From NCBI GenBank assembly GCA_963746845.1, contig CAVVCZ010000006.1, positions 32,001-96,000 on the forward strand: DNA of 64,000 nt, read 5' to 3'. This document shows positions 59,065 through 64,000 of this stretch, piece after piece. The notes beneath the pieces are model-generated. The model did not search any database. It saw only the letters and a list, made by a program, of their open reading frames with translations, and was not told the DNA's origin. A program made the position numbers and the translations under genes. The DNA comes from an uncultured Chloroflexia bacterium. Lineage in GTDB: Bacteria; Chloroflexota; Limnocylindria; Limnocylindrales; CSP1-4. Positions within the stretch are counted from its first letter, which is position 1. Each line of letters starts with the position of its first letter.

Positions 59065-59889
59065 TCACCCTGTCGGCGCGGCGATCCCCGGCCGACGACG
59101 CTCGTGGAGCAGGAAGAACCCGGCCATCGTGCCCGTCATGACCAGCAGCGCGACGACGTACCCGATCGTCGTGCCGCGAGCGAGCAGGTCGTTCCGGAAC
59201 ACCGCCGCGGTCACGAGCAGCGCGACACCATTGAGCACGAACAATGCCGATGCCGTCCGGATCTCGTCCCAGTCGGTCGCGAACGCCATCGTCCCGCACC
59301 AGATGGACCAGCCGAGGAACCACGCGGCGACGATCCGGGCGTCGAGCCCGTTCAGCTCCCACGCCCAGCGCGTATTCGCGAACTCCGGCTGGGCGACGAG
59401 GAACAGGCCCTGCATCAGGAGGAGACCCGTCACCAGGACGAGGAACTTCCGGAACAGCGAGTGGATCGGGCCGCCCGACACCGGGGCCGGCGCGAACAGG
59501 ATCCCGCGCGGGATCAGGTAGACCATCGTCACCGGCTCGAAGATGTAGAGGATGATCCAGATGTGGGCCAGCGGCGTCTGGGACGGGGGCCAGTGGAACT
59601 CGGTCAGGTGCCAGTACGTGGCGAACAGGAGCGTCCCGGTGAACGCGATGTTCCCCCACACGATCCAGCGCAGGCGGTACCAGTTGCCCTCGCGGGCGGC
59701 GTTCAGGAAGAAGAACGTCCGGAAGACATAGCCGGCGCCGATGAAGGCCTGGGCGTAGCGGGGATGGACGTCCCAGGCGAAGTAGTCGGCGACCTGGTCG
59801 GGGAAGAACAGCATCCAGATCGCGAACCAGGCCGCGGCGGCCGCGCCGAGATAGCCCCAGATCGCCTGGTTCCGTCGCGACGCGAGCAT
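59065..59889 (-). CDS. Multi-pass membrane protein
   Basis: About 8 TM with an internal repeat (FAWDV..A.FIGA / WAWEL..ARIVAA). Confidence 0.8.
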   Translation of the reverse strand: MLASRRNQAIWGYLGAAAAAWFAIWMLFFPDQVADYFAWDVHPRYAQAFIGAGYVFRTFFFLNAAREGNWYRLRWIVWGNIAFTGTLLFATYWHLTEFHWPPSQTPLAHIWIILYIFEPVTMVYLIPRGILFAPAPVSGGPIHSLFRKFLVLVTGLLLMQGLFLVAQPEFANTRWAWELNGLDARIVAAWFLGWSIWCGTMAFATDWDEIRTASALFVLNGVALLVTAAVFRNDLLARGTTIGYVVALLVMTGTMAGFFLLHERRRPGIAAPTG

Positions 59890-59998
59890 TCGATCCCTCC
59901 TCGGCCGGGCTCCGGATGGCCCGACGGAACGTAGGGGACGGCCGTCTCGTCGCTGTCGCGGCGCGGCGTCGTCGCCGGGGGTCGCGGGCCGGGCCGGA

Positions 59999-61771
59999 TC
60001 AGACCCCGACGGCGACCCGCGACGGTCGGTGGGTCCCGCTCCGCGCCCGATCCTTGAGGATCTGGCCGGCCGCGAGCTTGCCCGGCGCGCCCATCACGCA
60101 GCCGCCCGGATGCGTCCCCGAGCCGCACTGGTAGTAGCCGTCGATCGGCGTCCGGTACTGCGACCAGCCCGGCGCCGGCCGGAAGAGCCACATCTGGGGC
60201 GACAGGAACTCGCCCGCGAAGATGTTGCCCTCGCTCAGGCCGACCGTCCGCTCGATGTCGAGCGGGGTCCGGATCTCGCGCTGGAGGACGAGGTCGCCGA
60301 AGCCCGGAAAGAACGACTCGAGCGTCGCCTGGACCGTGTCGCCGAAGCGCTCCTTCTCGGTGTCCCAGTCGGAACCCTTGAGGTGGTACGGCGCGTACTG
60401 GACGAAGCAGCTCATCACGTGCTTGCCGGGGGGCGCCATGTCCGGATCGATCGTCGACTGGATCGCGCAATCGAGGTACGGCCGCTTCGAGTACCAGCCG
60501 TACTTCGCGTCGTCGTAGGCCCGCTCCAGGTACTCCATCGACGGACCGATGTTCGTGAAGCCCCGGTACTGGTCTGTCCGGTCCCCGAGCGCCGGGTAGC
60601 GGGGCGCCCCGTCCAGGGCGAAGTTGACCTTCGCGGACGTGCCCTGGAACCGGAACCGCTCAATGGTCTCGACGAGGTCGGTCGGGAGCTCGCGTGGGTC
60701 GACGAGCTCGAGGAACGTCCGCCGCGGGTCGACGGCGGACACGACCACCGGGGCGCTGAGCTCGGTCCCGTCGGCGAGGGCGACCCCGGTCGCGCGGCCG
60801 TTCTTCGTGATCACCCGCTCGACGGGCGACTCCAGCGCGATCTCCGCACCGAACGACTCCGCCGCGCGGGCGAGGACCTTCGTGAACCCGCCGTTGCCCC
60901 CCTTGTGGAATGCCCACGCACCGAACTCGCCATCGTGCTCGCCGAGGATGTGGTACAGGAGGACGAGCCCCGAGCCCTGCGAGTACGGCCCGACCTTCGT
61001 CCCGATGATCGACGACGAGGCGAGGTAGCCCTTGATGATCTCGGACTCGAAGTAGTCGTCGAGGAAGTCGGCGGCGCTGCCGGTGAGGAGCCGGACGGCG
61101 TCGTGCAGGACCTTCTTGTCGAGCTTCTTGAACCGCGAGCCGATGGCGGCGAGCGCGATCAGCTCCTCCGGGTCGTTGCTGAAGATGTCCGGCGGGACCT
61201 GGTCGAGGAGCGGCTTGATCGCCCGGCAGACCCGGAGCACGTCGTGGTTGAACGCCTCGTACGCGTCCGCATCGTGAACCGAGTGCCGCTCGATCTCGCG
61301 CAGGTTCTCGCCGTGATCCTGGCCGAGGATCAGGTAGTCGCCGTTCTCCATCGGCGCGAACGTCGACGGCATCAGCAGTGGCATGAACCCGTGCTTCGTC
61401 AGCTCGAGGTCGTGGATGATGTCCGGCCGAAGCAGGCTCAGCGCGTACGAGAACGTCGTGAACCAGAAGCCGGGCCGGAGCTCCTCGGTGATCGCCGCGC
61501 CCCCGACGAGATGGCGACGCTCGAGGATCAGCGTCTTCAACCCCGCCTTCGCCAGATAGGCGCCGTTCACCAGGCCGTTATGCCCCGCCCCGATGACGAT
61601 TGCGTCATAGGACCGGTCGCGGGCGGACCGGTCCGGCGCGGGGCGTTTGGCCGGCGCCTTCGCGGGTGCCTTCGCGGTCGTCTTGGGCGAGGTCGCTGAC
61701 GCCTTCGATGTCGCCGCCGGCCGGCGGCCGTTGCCGCCCGTTCGGGCCGGCGCGGGCGTCGACTTCGGCAT
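59999..61771 (-). CDS. Phytoene dehydrogenase-like FAD oxidoreductase
   Basis: IGAGHNGL, LERR..GGA, APPGKH, TPLD.E, CGSGTHPGG. Confidence 0.9.
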   Translation of the reverse strand: MPKSTPAPARTGGNGRRPAATSKASATSPKTTAKAPAKAPAKRPAPDRSARDRSYDAIVIGAGHNGLVNGAYLAKAGLKTLILERRHLVGGAAITEELRPGFWFTTFSYALSLLRPDIIHDLELTKHGFMPLLMPSTFAPMENGDYLILGQDHGENLREIERHSVHDADAYEAFNHDVLRVCRAIKPLLDQVPPDIFSNDPEELIALAAIGSRFKKLDKKVLHDAVRLLTGSAADFLDDYFESEIIKGYLASSSIIGTKVGPYSQGSGLVLLYHILGEHDGEFGAWAFHKGGNGGFTKVLARAAESFGAEIALESPVERVITKNGRATGVALADGTELSAPVVVSAVDPRRTFLELVDPRELPTDLVETIERFRFQGTSAKVNFALDGAPRYPALGDRTDQYRGFTNIGPSMEYLERAYDDAKYGWYSKRPYLDCAIQSTIDPDMAPPGKHVMSCFVQYAPYHLKGSDWDTEKERFGDTVQATLESFFPGFGDLVLQREIRTPLDIERTVGLSEGNIFAGEFLSPQMWLFRPAPGWSQYRTPIDGYYQCGSGTHPGGCVMGAPGKLAAGQILKDRARSGTHRPSRVAVGV

Positions 61772-62970
61772 CAGGCGGTCCTCCGTTCGGGGTTGTAGAG
61801 CGGCAGCCGGGTCACGGCCGCTTCGAAGTACTCGTAGCGGTGGTTGACGGGCAGCTCGAGCTTGACCGTGGAGCCGGGCTTCGTCCGGTCGAGCGGGATC
61901 CGGGCCAGGGCGATGTGGCGCTGGAGCATCGGCGAGTACATCAGGCTCGTCGCGTAGCCGAGCTGCGTGCCGGTGTCGTCGTAGACGTAGTACTCGTCCT
62001 GGATCGGCGTGTGGTCCTTCGGCGGGATGAGGCCGGCCTCATCGTAGTGGCGGTCGTAGTCCTGCCAGTCGAGGACGAGCCCGGTGAGCTTCCAGCGCGA
62101 GGACTTGTGGCGCAGCTCGCGCTCGAGCGCGGCCCGGCCGATGAACGCGCGGTCGTCGTTGGCGAGGTCGCGGAGCATCCAGCCCAGCCCGACCTCGATG
62201 AGCGTCGAGCGGGTCGCGTTCGTCCACGCGTAGCGGCTCGAGCTGAAGTCGACGTCGAGGAGGAGCAGGCCGGCCTCGATCCGGGCCATGTACAGGGCGA
62301 TCATCCCGAACGGGATCACCCCGCGGCCGGCCGACGCCTCCGTGACGGCATCCCAGACCCGGATCGCCTTGTCGGCCGGGATCCAGAGCTCGTAGCCGAG
62401 ATCGCCCGTGTAGCCGGTCCGGGAGATGCGGACCGGCGTGCCGGCGATCTTCGCGTCGAGGAGCCCGAAATAGGGCAGCCCCTCGATCCCGGGCGCCAGC
62501 GCGGCGAGGATCTCGCGCGACTTCGGGCCCTGGATCGCGAGGACCGCCGAGTCCTCGCTGACGTCCTCGAACGAGACGCGGTGGCGGCCGACGAGCCCCT
62601 CGAACCAGGCGAGGTTCGGCTCGGCGCAGGTCAGCAGGTAGTCGTTCGCGCCGGTTCGGAAGATCACGCCGTCCTCGACGACGAAGCCGCCGTCGTCCAA
62701 CCACGCGGTGTACTGGCCGTGGCCGACCGGACAGGTCCGGATGTCGCGGGCGAGGACGCCGGCGAGGAACGCCTCCGCGTCGGGGCCGTGGATCCGGTAC
62801 TTGAACAGTGGCGAGCTGTCGAAGAGCCCGGCGCTGTTGCGGATCGCGAAGTACTCGAACTTCTCGGAGAGCTGGTATTTCTGGGCGACGAGGTAGCCCG
62901 ACCAGTGCTCCCAGAGGCCCGTCTCGTTGGCGGCGTTCGTCCGCTCATGGAATGGGGTCGTGCGGATCAT
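61771..62970 (-). CDS. GcvT-family aminomethyltransferase
   Basis: RTTPFH, IRNSAGLFD, QGPKS, SRTGYTGDLGYE, RIEAG, YSPML. Confidence 0.9.
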   Translation of the reverse strand: MIRTTPFHERTNAANETGLWEHWSGYLVAQKYQLSEKFEYFAIRNSAGLFDSSPLFKYRIHGPDAEAFLAGVLARDIRTCPVGHGQYTAWLDDGGFVVEDGVIFRTGANDYLLTCAEPNLAWFEGLVGRHRVSFEDVSEDSAVLAIQGPKSREILAALAPGIEGLPYFGLLDAKIAGTPVRISRTGYTGDLGYELWIPADKAIRVWDAVTEASAGRGVIPFGMIALYMARIEAGLLLLDVDFSSSRYAWTNATRSTLIEVGLGWMLRDLANDDRAFIGRAALERELRHKSSRWKLTGLVLDWQDYDRHYDEAGLIPPKDHTPIQDEYYVYDDTGTQLGYATSLMYSPMLQRHIALARIPLDRTKPGSTVKLELPVNHRYEYFEAAVTRLPLYNPERRTA

Positions 62971-63156
62971 CGAGCCCTCGTGGATGGATGCCGGACGGTC
63001 GGCTGACGGTCGCGCATCCGCGTTCGCGGGAGCGCGCGCGTCCCGCGTGATGGGCCGCGTGTCGCGCGTGATGGGCCGTACGTCGGCGGCCGACGCGCGG
63101 GGCGCTGGACCTGACGAGACGCTTCCGCGATCCGACGCCGCGCCTATCCTGTCGCC

Positions 63157-63999
63157 GTGGCGCTCTACCAGCTCGACGATCCCGGGCCGCTCGTCTCGCC
63201 GTCGCTGATCGTCGCGCTCGACGGCTGGGTCGATGCGGGGAGCGCGGCGACGACCGCGGCCGCGCTGATCGCCGGCGACGGCCGGGTCGTCGTGCGGTTC
63301 GACGCCGACCGCGTGTTCGACTATCGCGCTCGGCGACCGACCCTCGAGATCGTCGACGGCAAGCTGTCGGAGCTCGAGTGGCCCGAGTTCCGCATCCGCT
63401 ACGTCCGCGTGGGCGAGCGCGACCTCCTCGTCCTCGTCGGCCCGGAGCCGGACTACCGCTGGCCGAGCCTGGCTGCCGCGGTCAGCGAGGCGGCGCGGAC
63501 CCTCGGCGTCGCGGAGTGGATCAGCCTCGGCGCGATCCCGGCGGCCGTGCCGCACACCCGGCCCGTGCCGATCCTCGGGACATCGTCCCAGCCCGGGTTG
63601 CTGAAGGGCGACATCCGGCCGGGACCGGCTGGCGTGCTGCGGGTCCCGGCCGCGCTGATCAGCGTCCTCGAGAAGCAGGCGGCGGAGGACGGCATCGCGG
63701 CCGTCGGCTACTTCGCCCAGGTCCCCCACTACGTGAGCGGCCCGTATGCGCCGGCCGCGCTGGCCCTCCTCGTGGCGGTCGAGCGCCACCTCGGGATCGA
63801 GCTGGACCACGGCCCGTTGCAGGTCGAGTCCGACCAGCTCCGGATCCGGCTCGACGCGGCCACGACTGCGGACGACAACACGCGCTCCTACGTGGAGCGC
63901 CTCGAGTCGATGGTGGACGAGGAGCGGCTCCCGGCGGGGGACGACCTGATCACCGAGATCGAGCAGTTTCTCCGGGACCAGGGACCGCAGCGGTCGTAG
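63157..63999 (+). CDS. PAC2 (proteasome assembly chaperone) family protein
   Basis: GWVDAG, DYRARRP, GPEPDYRW, VPHTRP, QVPHY, YVERLE..IEQFLR. Confidence 0.9.
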   Translation: MALYQLDDPGPLVSPSLIVALDGWVDAGSAATTAAALIAGDGRVVVRFDADRVFDYRARRPTLEIVDGKLSELEWPEFRIRYVRVGERDLLVLVGPEPDYRWPSLAAAVSEAARTLGVAEWISLGAIPAAVPHTRPVPILGTSSQPGLLKGDIRPGPAGVLRVPAALISVLEKQAAEDGIAAVGYFAQVPHYVSGPYAPAALALLVAVERHLGIELDHGPLQVESDQLRIRLDAATTADDNTRSYVERLESMVDEERLPAGDDLITEIEQFLRDQGPQRS

Positions 64000-64000
64000 A

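Noticed and set aside
63040-63085. 21-nt tandem duplication between the GcvT-family and PAC2 genes
   Set aside because: Only two copies, with no structure or context supporting a function
61771-63810. 679-aa GcvT ORF, or a glycine cleavage system
   Set aside because: The extension is antisense to the PAC2 gene; no gcvH/gcvP nearby, so only a family-level call

Overview
The window looks like at least two unrelated sequences joined at about 19,005, where two genes on opposite strands are cut at the same point and base composition jumps from moderately to very GC-rich. A second possible join lies at about 8,380. Left part (1-19,005): amidohydrolases, SsuA/NMT1-type binding proteins, MFS transporters, a sirtuin, cupin, RidA, a truncated radical-SAM gene, REP-like palindromes and a TM0106-type nuclease. 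It also holds an AT-richer island (about 8.4-13.7 kb) ending in a frameshifted tyrosine integrase. The island carries an MtlR/HEPN-type protein and a modular array the ORF track misses: three paralogous 26-27-aa hydrophobic peptides behind TGnTACCAT boxes, four copies of a 30-bp promoter-like motif, and a duplicated leader peptide + 72-aa gene + UUCG terminator unit. Right part (19,005-64,000): two operons that each link an alpha/beta-hydrolase, a protease and a ComEC-like metallo-beta-lactamase (MBL). One uses an M4-like gluzincin and lies downstream of a cyclase-STAND-TPR gene; the other uses clostripain plus a hydrolase-subtilase fusion. Also present are an ApbE flavinylation/ferric reductase/NuoF-like/ferredoxin operon flanked by two proteins ending in ATTGGS, an RpoD-type sigma factor with a large insertion, a Psp/Lia-like cluster and housekeeping genes. 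All calls come from reading motifs by eye; no database search was run. The taxonomic impressions (left Binatia/Deltaproteobacteria-like, right Chloroflexota- or Actinomycetota-like) are inference only.
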